From Candidatus Lindowbacteria bacterium RIFCSPLOWO2_12_FULL_62_27 (GTDB taxonomy: Bacteria > Lindowbacteria > 2-12-FULL-62-27): DNA of 64,000 nucleotides. The position numbers were made by a program, and so were the translations under genes. The stretch spans positions 29,024 to 93,023 of the forward strand of contig MFPR01000017.1 of NCBI GenBank assembly GCA_001784175.1, given 5' to 3'. The notes under the pieces are model-generated. The model was not told where the DNA came from. It ran no database searches and saw only the letters and a list, made by a program, of their open reading frames with translations. Below, in pieces: positions 45,064 to 54,419 of the stretch (position 1 is the stretch's first letter; every line of letters starts with the position of its first letter).

Positions 45064-45741
45064 ATGACCGGCGCCGCGATTCAGGCCGCCGTCGAACAGG
45101 CGGTCCGGCGCGTGTTCGTGTCGGCGGATCCGCCCGCCGCGTCCTCCGCGCCCGCCGCCGTCACCGTGCGCCGCGTTGTGCCGGTCGGCGTATCGAGCCG
45201 GCATCTGCATTTGCAGCCGGACCACGTGGAGGCGCTGTACGGCAAGGGTCACCGGCTGACGAAGCTGCGGGACCTGATTCAGCCGGGGCAGTTCGCCTGC
45301 AAGGAAACCGTGACGTTGATCGGCCCGCAAGGTAAGATCGCCCAAGTGCGGGTGCTGGGTCCGGAGCGGAAGCAGACGCAGATCGAGGCGGCCGTCACGG
45401 ACCTCGTGGCGCTGGGCGTGATGGCCCCGCTGCGGCTGTCCGGGGACCTGGCCGGCTCGGCGCCGCTGAAGATCCGCGGGCCGCGCGGTCTCGTCGAGAT
45501 TCGTGAGGGCCTGATCATCGCGCACCGGCATCTGCACATCGGCGGCGACGAGTCGAGCCGGTACGGCGTCCAGACCGGCGACCGCGTGCGGATCCGCACG
45601 TCGGGCTCGCGGCCGGTCCTGTTCGAAGATGTGATCGTCCGGGCCGGCGGCGATCACCGGATGGAATTTCATCTGGACACGGACGAGGCCAACGCCGCCG
45701 GCGTCAAGAACGGCGACCTCGCCGAAATCATCGGAGGCTGA
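45064..45741 (+). CDS. pduL: phosphate acyltransferase PduL-type with N-terminal amphipathic extension
   Basis: Duplicated VGVSSRHLHL and IIAHRHLHIG motifs; N-terminal AAIQAAVEQAVRRVF helix. Confidence 0.8.
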   Translation: MTGAAIQAAVEQAVRRVFVSADPPAASSAPAAVTVRRVVPVGVSSRHLHLQPDHVEALYGKGHRLTKLRDLIQPGQFACKETVTLIGPQGKIAQVRVLGPERKQTQIEAAVTDLVALGVMAPLRLSGDLAGSAPLKIRGPRGLVEIREGLIIAHRHLHIGGDESSRYGVQTGDRVRIRTSGSRPVLFEDVIVRAGGDHRMEFHLDTDEANAAGVKNGDLAEIIGG

Positions 45742-45743
45742 TC

Positions 45744-46055
45744 ATGCAACTCGCGCGCGTCATCGGAAACGTCGTGGCGACCCGCAAGGTCGACAAAATC
45801 ATGCGGTACAAACTGCTCGTGGTCGAGCCCATCGACCTGACCGGCAAGGGTTCCGGCAAGCACATGGTGGCCATCGACGCCGTGCAGGCCGGCCCGGGCG
45901 AGATCGTGTTCATCGTGGAGGGCAGCTCCGCGAGGATGGCGGTGCCGGAAAAGGACGTGCCGATCGACACGGCCATCATCGCGATCGTCGACGCGATCGA
46001 GCACGACGGCCGGATCGTCTTCCGGAAAACCGTCCAGGAATTCGCGGCGGTCTGA
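45744..46055 (+). CDS. BMC vertex protein (BMC-P; EutN/CcmL/PduN family)
   Basis: MQLARVIGNVVAT ... KLLVVEP ... VAIDAVQAGPGEIVFIVEGSSAR ... IVD matches the EutN/CcmL pattern. Confidence 0.8.
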   Translation: MQLARVIGNVVATRKVDKIMRYKLLVVEPIDLTGKGSGKHMVAIDAVQAGPGEIVFIVEGSSARMAVPEKDVPIDTAIIAIVDAIEHDGRIVFRKTVQEFAAV

Positions 46056-46056
46056 C

Positions 46057-46533
46057 ATGCTGCTCGTGCTCGGATCGGACCATGGGGGATTCGGATTGAA
46101 GACAGAGATCAAGACGTTCCTGGCGGCGCAGGGCCATTCGGTCAAGGATTTCGGCGCGTTTTCGAAGGACCCCGTCGATTATCCGGACATCGCGTTTCTC
46201 GTGGCGCAGGCGGTGGCGCGCGGGGAGTACGAGCGCGGGATCCTGGTCGACACGACCGGAATTGCGTCGGCGATCGTGGCAAACAAAGTATTCGGCATCC
46301 GCGCGACGCCCTGCGCGGACCTCACCACCCTCAAATCCTCGCGGGAACACAACGACGCCAACGTCCTGTGTCTGGGCGCCGGCCTCGTCCACGCCGACCA
46401 GGCCCGCGAATTCCTCGGCGTGTGGCTGTCGACGCCCTTCGCCGGCGGCCGGCACGCGCGCCGGGTCGACAAAATATGCCAAGTGGAAGAAATGACGATG
46501 AAACGCACCGGCGTCCATTCGGTCAGAGGTTAG
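46057..46533 (+). CDS. rpiB: sugar-phosphate isomerase RpiB/LacA/LacB family
   Basis: LGSDHGGFGLK, DTTGIASAIVANK, REHNDANVL motifs. Confidence 0.85.
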   Translation: MLLVLGSDHGGFGLKTEIKTFLAAQGHSVKDFGAFSKDPVDYPDIAFLVAQAVARGEYERGILVDTTGIASAIVANKVFGIRATPCADLTTLKSSREHNDANVLCLGAGLVHADQAREFLGVWLSTPFAGGRHARRVDKICQVEEMTMKRTGVHSVRG

Positions 46534-46535
46534 CG

Positions 46536-46817
46536 TTGGAGCTTGCGCGCGTGTTCGGGCGGGTCTGGGCGACGGCGAAGGATCCTAAACTCGAACAGAC
46601 CAAACTCCTCCTCGTGCAGCCGGTCGATTTTTATCTGAAGGACCGCGGCAAGCCCTTCATCGCAGTGGAAAGCGTGGACGCGGGCGCCGGCGAGATCGTG
46701 CTCCTGGCCCGCGGCCGGGAGGCGACGTTCCCGTTCGGCCTCGAGCCAAAGGCCCCGCCGGTCGACAAGTGCTGCGTCGGGGTCGTGGACGATGTCTATT
46801 ACGATGAGAACGCCTGA
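46536..46817 (+). CDS. BMC vertex protein (BMC-P), second paralog
   Basis: TTG-initiated ORF just after the rpiB stop; ELARVFGRVWAT ... KLLLVQP ... VESVDAGAGEIVLLARG; the longer ORF-track frame overlapping rpiB was not used. Confidence 0.65.
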   Translation: MELARVFGRVWATAKDPKLEQTKLLLVQPVDFYLKDRGKPFIAVESVDAGAGEIVLLARGREATFPFGLEPKAPPVDKCCVGVVDDVYYDENA

Positions 46818-46826
46818 TTCGATGCC

Positions 46827-47195
46827 ATGTTGATCTGTCGCGTGAAGGGCAACGTCGTGGCGACGCAGAAGGACGCGCGTCTCGACTCCTGGAAGATCCT
46901 CATCGTCCAGCCCATCGGGATGGGCGGCGAGGCGCAGGGCGAGCCGTTCATGTCCGTGGACGCCGCCCAGGCCGGCGTCGGGGATCTGGCGCTGGTGGCG
47001 CGGCATGGCGCCGCGGCCCGCGCCGCGATGATGGCGATTCGAAAGTCCGACGAGTACGCGCCGGCGAACGCCGTCATCGTCGGCATTATCGATGAGGTCA
47101 CCGATTACCGCGCGCCGGCCGGGTCAGTGCCTCCGGCCGAAAGTTCCGCCGCCCGCCGTCGAGGGCGGCCGAAGGGATCGAAGAACAAGAGATGA
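46827..47195 (+). CDS. BMC vertex protein (BMC-P), third paralog with basic C-terminal tail
   Basis: [13 protein letters not shown] ... KILIVQP ... [18 protein letters not shown] ... IVGIIDE; C-terminal [13 protein letters not shown]. Confidence 0.7.
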   Translation: MLICRVKGNVVATQKDARLDSWKILIVQPIGMGGEAQGEPFMSVDAAQAGVGDLALVARHGAAARAAMMAIRKSDEYAPANAVIVGIIDEVTDYRAPAGSVPPAESSAARRRGRPKGSKNKR

Positions 47196-48091
47196 TTACG
47201 GAAGAGCTGGTCGAGCGAATCGCCGAGGCGGTCCTCCGGGAATTGGAGCGCACCGGAAATCTGCCGCGGGCGGACGACGCCGTCGTTTCGGCCTGTTTCG
47301 AGCATGACCGGGATGACGGAGAAATCTGCTGTGTCTGCTGGGGAAAAAATCCCGAGGGGGTCCAGGAATTTCTGGACGCCGGCGCGTCGCGGTTCGGCAT
47401 CCATCTCGGCCAGACCGTCACGGCGCCCACCCTGGCGAAATACATCGATCACACCCTGCTCAAGCCGCAGACCACCAAGGCCGAAATCGAGCAGCTCTGC
47501 AAGGAGGCGAAGGAATACGGGTTCGCATCGGTGTGCATCAATCCCTTCTGGGTCCCGCTCTGCGCCCAGCTCCTGAAGGGCAGCGGCGTCAAGGTCTGCA
47601 CCGTGATCGGATTTCCGCTCGGCGCGACGAGCACCGCCGCCAAGGTCGGCGAGACGCAGGACGCGATCCGAAACGGCGCCGAGGAGGTCGACATGGTGAT
47701 CAACGTGGGCGCGCTCAAGGCCGGCGACCGCGACACGGTGCGGCGCGACATTGCGGAGGTGAAGAAGGCGGCCGGTCACCGGATTCTCAAGGTTATTCTT
47801 GAAACGGGACTTCTCACAGACGAGGAAAAAATGACCGCCTGTCAGCTCTGCAAGGACGCCGGCGCCGACTTCGTCAAAACCTCCACCGGATTCGGGCCCG
47901 GCGGCGCCACGCTCGGCGACATTGCGCTCATGCGCCGCGTCGTCGGCCCGCAGATGGGCGTCAAGGCCTCCGGCGGCGTGCGGGACACCAAGACGGCCAA
48001 ACAGATGATCGAGATGGGCGCGACGCGCATCGGGGCTTCCGCCGGCATCGCCATCGTCAAGGGAGAGGAAGGAAAGGGCGCCGGGTATTAA
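47192..48091 (+). CDS. deoC: deoxyribose-phosphate aldolase with about 90-residue N-terminal extension
   Basis: DeoC core begins at [12 protein letters not shown]; catalytic-Lys region DFVKTSTGF; N-terminal [19 protein letters not shown] amphipathic helix. Confidence 0.85.
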   Translation: MITEELVERIAEAVLRELERTGNLPRADDAVVSACFEHDRDDGEICCVCWGKNPEGVQEFLDAGASRFGIHLGQTVTAPTLAKYIDHTLLKPQTTKAEIEQLCKEAKEYGFASVCINPFWVPLCAQLLKGSGVKVCTVIGFPLGATSTAAKVGETQDAIRNGAEEVDMVINVGALKAGDRDTVRRDIAEVKKAAGHRILKVILETGLLTDEEKMTACQLCKDAGADFVKTSTGFGPGGATLGDIALMRRVVGPQMGVKASGGVRDTKTAKQMIEMGATRIGASAGIAIVKGEEGKGAGY

Positions 48092-48097
48092 TTTGAA

Positions 48098-49729
48098 ATG
48101 AAGGTCAAGAGACGCCCGTCTCTTCCCGCGGTCCCGCCGCCGCGTTTTTTGAACATCCCGGTTCATTATCTTGTTGCGCTCTTCCTGTTCGTTGTTCCCT
48201 CGGCTCTTTTCTTTCAAGTCCGGCATCACGAATTTTTCGACGTCGACGACCCGCCCTACGTGACGCAGAACGCGCATGTTCAAATGGGCCTCGCGCGGGA
48301 GAGCATCGGGTGGGCGTTTACCGCAATCCACTCCGCCAACTGGCATCCGCTCACATGGCTGTCTCACATGCTGGACTGCCGGCTCTTCGGGCTCGATCCG
48401 TTTCATCACCATCTCACGAACGTCTATCTTCACAGCGCGAACGCCGTCCTGTTGTTTCTGCTTCTCCGGATGCTCACCGGCGCGCTCTGGCGGGCGGCCT
48501 TTGTGGCCGCGGTCTTCGCCGTTCATCCTCTGGCCGTCGAGTCGGTGGCGTGGGTGGCCGAGCGCAAGAATGTCCTCAGCACGTTTTTCTGGTTTCTCAC
48601 GATGGCGCTTTATGCCCGATACGTCCGCCGGCCGACGGGTCGGGCCTACGGGTGGGTGGCGCTGTCCCTGGCGCTGGGCCTCATGGCCAAACCGATGCTC
48701 GTGACCCTGCCGGTCGTTCTGTTCCTGATGGACTTCTGGCCGTTGAACCGCGCCGGGCCGCCGCGTTCGGTCCAATCCCTGATCTTCGAGAAAATCCCGC
48801 TCATGGCGCTGGCGGCCGCTTCATCCGCGATTACCATCGTCGCCCAGAAGTCGGACGCGGCCATGTACTCGCTCAAGGCGATTTCCCTGTCGGAGCGGCT
48901 CGTCAACGCGCTGCTGAGTTTCATCAAGTACATCGGCCTCATGGTATGGCCGGTGGATCTCGCCTTCTTCTACCCGTACGATCGGGCGGCGCTTACGGGG
49001 TTGAACGCCCTGGGATTTGGGGCCGCCCTGGCCGCCGTCACGGGGATGGCCGTCGCGTCATTCCGTCGCCGGCCGTATCTGGCCTTCGGGTGGTTCTGGT
49101 ACCTGGTGACGCTCCTGCCGGTCATCGGGCTGGTTCAGGTCGGGTCGCAGGCGCTCGCGGACCGCTACACCTACGTGCCGCTGATCGGCCTGTACGTAAT
49201 CATCGCGTGGGGAGTCCACGACCTGACCTGCGGGGTGAGGGGCGCGAGAATCACGGCGGCCGTCGCGGCCTTCGTCGTGATTGCGGCGCTCGCGCGGGCC
49301 ACGTGGGTCCAGACCGGACTTTGGCGTGACAGCGTCACGATGTACACGCACGCCATCCGGGTGACCCGGGACAACGACATGGCGCTCTACAATCTCGGGA
49401 ACCTCTATCTGAAATCCGGCCGGTACGCCGACGCCGTCGAGCATTACTCGGAATCGGTCCGCATCAACGATCGCGATCCGTGGGTCCTCAACAATCTCGG
49501 ATACGCCCTGCACCGCGCCGGAAACCGGAAGGAGGCCGTCGTCCAGTACACGAAGGCGATCCAACTGAAACCGGATTACGGCCGGGCCCGATACAATCTC
49601 GGCAACGCCCTCGCCGAAGAGGGAAATTACGCGGAGGCCGAGAAACAGTTCGCCGAAGCCGTGCGGTACGATCCGGCCAACCAGCACGCGCGCGCGAATC
49701 TGGAGAAAGTCCGGGCTATTCTCCGATGA
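48098..49729 (+). CDS. polytopic membrane protein with C-terminal TPR repeats (TMTC/DUF1736-like, putative protein O-mannosyltransferase family)
   Basis: About ten hydrophobic helices followed by three TPR units ([20 protein letters not shown] ...). Confidence 0.6.
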   Translation: MKVKRRPSLPAVPPPRFLNIPVHYLVALFLFVVPSALFFQVRHHEFFDVDDPPYVTQNAHVQMGLARESIGWAFTAIHSANWHPLTWLSHMLDCRLFGLDPFHHHLTNVYLHSANAVLLFLLLRMLTGALWRAAFVAAVFAVHPLAVESVAWVAERKNVLSTFFWFLTMALYARYVRRPTGRAYGWVALSLALGLMAKPMLVTLPVVLFLMDFWPLNRAGPPRSVQSLIFEKIPLMALAAASSAITIVAQKSDAAMYSLKAISLSERLVNALLSFIKYIGLMVWPVDLAFFYPYDRAALTGLNALGFGAALAAVTGMAVASFRRRPYLAFGWFWYLVTLLPVIGLVQVGSQALADRYTYVPLIGLYVIIAWGVHDLTCGVRGARITAAVAAFVVIAALARATWVQTGLWRDSVTMYTHAIRVTRDNDMALYNLGNLYLKSGRYADAVEHYSESVRINDRDPWVLNNLGYALHRAGNRKEAVVQYTKAIQLKPDYGRARYNLGNALAEEGNYAEAEKQFAEAVRYDPANQHARANLEKVRAILR

Positions 49730-50129
49730 TCTTCACCAGCACGCGTTTTCGCCGCTGACCGTCGAACTCGCCGTAATGAATCCGTTCCCACGGCCCGAAG
49801 TCCAGCTTGCCGTTCGTGATCGCCACAACGACCTCGCGTCCCATGAGATTGCGCTTGAGATGCGCGTCGCCGTTGTCTTCGCCGGTGTTGTGATGCGCAT
49901 AATCCCTGCCGTAGGGCGCCATCTTCTCGGCCCACTCGATCTGGTCCTTGTAGAGGCCGGGCTCGGCGTCGTTGATGAAGACGCTGGCGGTGATGTGCAT
50001 CGCGTTCACGAGGCACAGCCCCTCTTTCACGCCGCTCTTTTTCACCACCTGCTCGACCTGGCTTGTGATGTCCTGGATCGTGCAGCGGTCTTTCGTGTTA
50101 AACCAGAGGTATTCGGTTGTTGATTTCAT
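49716..50129 (-). CDS. yjbQ: YjbQ/UPF0047 family protein
   Basis: [15 protein letters not shown] ... [15 protein letters not shown] ... [13 protein letters not shown] ... [18 protein letters not shown] pattern; ATG at 50129 rather than ORF-track start. Confidence 0.7.
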   Translation of the reverse strand: MKSTTEYLWFNTKDRCTIQDITSQVEQVVKKSGVKEGLCLVNAMHITASVFINDAEPGLYKDQIEWAEKMAPYGRDYAHHNTGEDNGDAHLKRNLMGREVVVAITNGKLDFGPWERIHYGEFDGQRRKRVLVKIIGE

Positions 50130-50166
50130 AGCGGTATAATATTGTTTAGAAGGGAGGAATTCGCAA

Positions 50167-51393
50167 GTGAGTAATATTGGCAGAAAATCCACAGTTCAAG
50201 TCCGGGTCGGCGGTGTGGCCGTCGGCGGGGGCGCGCCGGTCGTGGTCCAGTCGATGACGAACACCGACACGGCAGACGCTGCGTCGACCGCCCGGCAGGT
50301 CGTGGACTTGGCGCGGGCGGGATCGGAACTCGTGCGGATCACGGTCAACGTGCCGGAAGCGGCGCGCGCCGTGCCGGAAATCCGGCGGCGCGTGCGGGAT
50401 GCCGGCGTCAGCGTGCCCATCATCGGGGACTTTCATTACAACGGACACCAGCTCCTCACGGATTTCCCCGACTGCGCCAAATCGCTCGACAAGTACCGGA
50501 TCAATCCCGGCAACGTCGGCGTCGGCCGCGCGCGGGACGAGCGGTTCTCGACGATCTGCCGGATCGCCGCCGATCACGGCGTGCCGGTGCGGATCGGCGT
50601 GAACGGCGGGTCGCTCAACCAGGAGCTGGTGACCGCCAAGATGGAGGAAAACACGCGCCGAAATCTCGGCCGCACCTCTCAGGAAATCGTCAACGACTGC
50701 ATGGTCATCTCCGCGCTCGAGTCCACGGACCTGGCGCTGAAAGTCGGGCTTCGCAAAGACCAGATCATCATCTCCTGCAAAGTTTCCAATCCGAACGATC
50801 TGATCCGGGTCTATCAGGATCTCTCGCAAAAAACCGACCAGCCGCTCCATCTGGGCCTGACGGAGGCCGGCATGGGATCGAAGGGCATCGTCAGTTCCGC
50901 GATCGCGTGCGGGATTCTCCTGCATCAGGGCATCGGCGACACGATCCGCGTGTCGCTTACCCCGGAAGTCGGCGGCGACCGGACGAAGGAGGTGCAGGTC
51001 GCGCAGGAGATCCTGCAGTCCCTCGGCATCCGCTCGTTCTCGCCGGCCGTCACCGCCTGCCCGGGCTGCGGCCGGACAACGAGCACGGTGTTTCAGGAGC
51101 TGGCCGAGCAGGTACAGGGATATCTGCGCGAGAGAATGCCGGCCTGGAAGGAAAAATACGAGGGCGTGGAGGAGATGAAACTGGCCGTGATGGGTTGCGT
51201 GGTGAACGGCCCGGGCGAATCGAAGTCCGCGCACATCGGGATCAGCCTCCCGGGCACAGGCGAGGAACCGACCGCGCCGGTGTTCATCGACGGTCGCAAA
51301 GCCGCGACGCTGAAAGGCGCCCCGGACCGCCTCGCGGCCGATTTCCGCGCGCTGGTGGAGGACTATGTGGCGCGGACGTTCGCAAAGAAATGA
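50167..51393 (+). CDS. ispG: 4-hydroxy-3-methylbut-2-en-1-yl diphosphate synthase (flavodoxin)
   Basis: TIM-barrel and C-terminal 4Fe-4S cluster motifs CPGCGRT and GCVVNGPGE; GGGAGG ribosome-binding site. Confidence 0.9.
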   Translation: MSNIGRKSTVQVRVGGVAVGGGAPVVVQSMTNTDTADAASTARQVVDLARAGSELVRITVNVPEAARAVPEIRRRVRDAGVSVPIIGDFHYNGHQLLTDFPDCAKSLDKYRINPGNVGVGRARDERFSTICRIAADHGVPVRIGVNGGSLNQELVTAKMEENTRRNLGRTSQEIVNDCMVISALESTDLALKVGLRKDQIIISCKVSNPNDLIRVYQDLSQKTDQPLHLGLTEAGMGSKGIVSSAIACGILLHQGIGDTIRVSLTPEVGGDRTKEVQVAQEILQSLGIRSFSPAVTACPGCGRTTSTVFQELAEQVQGYLRERMPAWKEKYEGVEEMKLAVMGCVVNGPGESKSAHIGISLPGTGEEPTAPVFIDGRKAATLKGAPDRLAADFRALVEDYVARTFAKK

Positions 51394-51815
51394 GCCGGTT
51401 TCCGGTTTCGGTGGACAAGGAGCGGGAACTGCTTGAGCGGATGGCGGCGCTCGGAGTTTTCGAATCCGATATCGATGAGGCCTTCACGCACTCAGGCGGC
51501 CACGGCGGGCAGAACGTGAACAAAGTCGCGACCTGCGTCCTCCTGACGCACCGGCCGACCGGCGTGCGCGTGCGGTGCCAGGAGGAGCGGTCGCAGGGTC
51601 TCAACCGCTTTCTGGCCCGGCGGATATTGGCCGACCGGATCGAAACGATTCAGATCGGGAAAAAATCGGAGGAGCAGCAGCGCATTCAGAAAATCCGACG
51701 GCAAAAACGCCGCCGGTCCCGCCGCGCCCGGCTCAAGATGCTCGCGGAGAAACATCATCGAAGTGACATCAAAACCGCCCGGCAGGGCGTCCGGCCGCAC
51801 GCGGTGACGGACTAA
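51390..51815 (+). CDS. arfB: ArfB/YaeJ-like peptidyl-tRNA hydrolase (RF-1 domain, GGQ motif)
   Basis: [20 protein letters not shown] motif and basic C-terminal tail; ATGA overlap with ispG stop; upstream part of the ORF-track frame overlaps ispG and was not used. Confidence 0.65.
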   Translation: MSRFPVSVDKERELLERMAALGVFESDIDEAFTHSGGHGGQNVNKVATCVLLTHRPTGVRVRCQEERSQGLNRFLARRILADRIETIQIGKKSEEQQRIQKIRRQKRRRSRRARLKMLAEKHHRSDIKTARQGVRPHAVTD

Positions 51816-52324
51816 CCCGACAGCTTCTTCAGAATCTCCCTGCAGAACGCCGGCAGGTCCTCCGGTTTGCGGGACGTGATGAGGTTGCCGTCCACGACGA
51901 CCTCCCGGTCGAGCCACTTCGCGCCGGCCGCGGTCATGTCGTCCTTGATCGCGGAAAACGACGTGCAGGTCCGGCCTTTCACGATGCCGGCCGAGATCAG
52001 CACCCAGCCCGCGTGGCAGATCGCGCCGACGACCTTGCCCGCGCGGTCCATGTCGCGCACGAACTTATTGACCAACGGGAACCGCCGCAGGATGTCCGGC
52101 GCGTAGCCGCCCGGGATGATGACGGCGTCGAACCGCGCCGCGCGCGCCTTGCCGATCGACGTGTCGACCTTCGCCGGATAGCCGACCTTGGATTTGTATT
52201 CGTCCTTGGTGCCGGTCCCGACCAAGACCACCTCGTGGCCCGCTTCGCGAAACCGCAGCGCCGGGTACCACACCTCGAGTTCCTGGTAGAGGTCCTCCAC
52301 CAGGACAGCGATTTTCTTTTTCAT
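51812..52324 (-). CDS. DJ-1/PfpI family protein
   Basis: Nucleophile-elbow-like AICHAGWVL and PGGYAPD. Confidence 0.8.
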   Translation of the reverse strand: MKKKIAVLVEDLYQELEVWYPALRFREAGHEVVLVGTGTKDEYKSKVGYPAKVDTSIGKARAARFDAVIIPGGYAPDILRRFPLVNKFVRDMDRAGKVVGAICHAGWVLISAGIVKGRTCTSFSAIKDDMTAAGAKWLDREVVVDGNLITSRKPEDLPAFCREILKKLSG

Positions 52325-52436
52325 CGGCGTAGAGGCTAATCCGCCTCCGGATCGCTGTCAATCCCGAAAAGGGTTGCGATTTTCCGCCAACCGGTGCATA
52401 ATCTGAGTGTTCGGAACGTCAGGGTCATTCGGATTC

Positions 52437-53954
52437 ATGAAAAGGTCCAGTAAAATATTATTGATTGAAGACAATCCGGACGATGTCATCATCGTGGAGG
52501 ACGCGCTGAAAGAGGGAGGCGGACGGGCAACGCTGTCACTCGAGACGGCGGATTGTCTGTCCACCGGGCTGAAAATCCTCGAGCGTGGCGACATCGACGC
52601 GGTCATTCTGGACCTCAAGCTGCCCGACAGCACGGGCGAGACGACGATCCTCAAAACCCGCGCCGCCGCGCCCGCCGTTCCCATCGTGGTTCTCACCGGG
52701 ACTGACGACGAGGGCATGGCGGTGGAATCCATTCAAAAAGGCACGCATGATTATCTCGTCAAGGGCAAAGTCGACGGCCCCGGCCTGGTGCGCGCTCTGC
52801 ACTTCGCCATGGTGCGGCAGCGCTGTCAGATCGAGATGGAGCAGATCCGGATTCTGGAACGGATGGTCGACCTCGGGCGGCTGGCGGCCGGGGTGGCCAA
52901 TGAAATCAACAATGCGGTGTCCGGCGTCGTCGGCATGGCGGAACTGCTCCGGCGCGGCCAGGGCCGGGGCAACGAGCTGGAGATCGTCATTCAGGAGGGC
53001 CACCGGATTTCCCAGATCGCGCGGAATCTCATCCAATATACGAGGCCGGACGCGCCGGCGACCGGGGACATCGACGTGGCGGAGTTCATCGCCAAGACCC
53101 TGGATATGGCCCGGCCGCATCTCATGCTCCACCGGATCAAACTCGAAACGAGCGTTGCGAAGGATCTGCCGGCGATCCAGATCAACGAATTGCACGCCCA
53201 GCAAATTCTGCTGAACCTCATCCTCAACGGCTGCGACGCGATGCCGGACGGCGGCCAGATCGAGATCGAGGCCGGCCGAAGGAATGAATTCGTTCGATTC
53301 GTCATCTCCGACAGCGGCCCCGGCATCCCGGAGGACCTTCTGCCGAAAATTTTCGATCCTTTTTACTCCACAAAACCGAGAATTCCGTCCTTCGGGTTGG
53401 GGCTGTCGGTGGTCGCCGGGCTGGTTCGATCCTGCGGCGGCCGGATCCGGGCGGCCAACCGGCCGGAGGGCGGCGCGGTGTTTACGGTTCATCTTCCGAT
53501 CGGCCCTGTCCCGGCCACGCCGTTGCGGTCGAAGCCCCGGGTTCTCGACGCCGCGCCGAGCCACCTCAGCATTCTGGTGGTGGACGACGAGCCTCATGTG
53601 CGGGACGTGTGCAAGCGGTATCTGGAGAGAATCGGAAACCGCGTGGTCGAGGCCGGGGGCGTGGCGGAAGCCATGCAGTGTCTTCTGGCCGAGCCGTTCG
53701 ACGTCGTCCTGTGCGACCGGTATCTTCAGGATCAGGACGGGTTGGTGCTCTACGAAACGCTGAAGGAGCGGGGGAGGCTTGAAGCGACGCGGTTCGTGCT
53801 GATGTCGGGCGTTTCTTCCGATGAGCCGGAACTGGCGTTCCCCCGGCTGACCAAGCCGTTTTCATTCGAGGAACTGGGTCATGTGATCCGGCGCGTGGGA
53901 TCAGGCGCCGCGCGCGGCCGCAACAAATTTGACAGCCCCCGCGCCGCGCGGTAA
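52437..53954 (+). CDS. hybrid histidine-kinase-like protein: receiver, HisKA-like (His replaced by Asn), HATPase, receiver
   Basis: N-terminal REC (ILLIEDNPDD ... LDLKLPD), H-box position ANEINNAV, N box LLNLILNGCDAM, G1 ISDSGPGIP, G2 GLGLSVV, C-terminal REC (ILVVDDEP ... LCDRYLQDQDG). Confidence 0.75.
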   Translation: MKRSSKILLIEDNPDDVIIVEDALKEGGGRATLSLETADCLSTGLKILERGDIDAVILDLKLPDSTGETTILKTRAAAPAVPIVVLTGTDDEGMAVESIQKGTHDYLVKGKVDGPGLVRALHFAMVRQRCQIEMEQIRILERMVDLGRLAAGVANEINNAVSGVVGMAELLRRGQGRGNELEIVIQEGHRISQIARNLIQYTRPDAPATGDIDVAEFIAKTLDMARPHLMLHRIKLETSVAKDLPAIQINELHAQQILLNLILNGCDAMPDGGQIEIEAGRRNEFVRFVISDSGPGIPEDLLPKIFDPFYSTKPRIPSFGLGLSVVAGLVRSCGGRIRAANRPEGGAVFTVHLPIGPVPATPLRSKPRVLDAAPSHLSILVVDDEPHVRDVCKRYLERIGNRVVEAGGVAEAMQCLLAEPFDVVLCDRYLQDQDGLVLYETLKERGRLEATRFVLMSGVSSDEPELAFPRLTKPFSFEELGHVIRRVGSGAARGRNKFDSPRAAR

Positions 53955-54002
53955 AATCCTACTGTTCCACTGAGGGAACCACAAACCGCCAGGAGGGCAC
54001 CC

Positions 54003-54419
54003 ATGGCTTCGGAGATTGCCGTAAGTTCCGCCGTATCGTTTTTCCAGAACATTCCCAAAACGCCCGGCAAGCCGCTGGACCTGACGTTCAGCACCAAGAC
54101 CACGAGTTCCGACATCGCCGGCGACGCGCTCAAGTTCGCGGACCAGCTTGTCACGCTCGTCAATCAAACCGAGGGCACCGACACCGACACGACAACGGTC
54201 AACATTGACGAGTTCACGCGGCTGGCCAGTGGCGACCGCATCAAGAAATTTTCACAGATTACCGACACCGCTCAGAAAAGCCTCATTCAGGAAACGTTCG
54301 AGGACATCACCAAAGGCCGGCCCTTGGCCACCGCGTCGGACCTCGCCGAGTATCTGCGATTCCGGGACGGCAGGGACGGGACGACCGACGGCAAGGCCGC
54401 CATCAATTTTCTGATATAA
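54003..54419 (+). CDS. hypothetical protein
   Basis: 138-aa ORF, T/D-rich, no motif recognised. Confidence 0.35.
   Translation: MASEIAVSSAVSFFQNIPKTPGKPLDLTFSTKTTSSDIAGDALKFADQLVTLVNQTEGTDTDTTTVNIDEFTRLASGDRIKKFSQITDTAQKSLIQETFEDITKGRPLATASDLAEYLRFRDGRDGTTDGKAAINFLI

Noticed and set aside
47105-48775. 556-aa minus-strand ORF antisense to deoC and the membrane TPR gene
   Set aside because: Antisense artefact in high-GC DNA; deoC on the + strand is unambiguous.
50907-51389. Upstream 161 codons of the ORF-track frame 50907-51815
   Set aside because: Overlaps ispG out of frame and is Arg/Gly-rich; the ArfB-like gene starts at ATG 51390 with the classic ATGA overlap.
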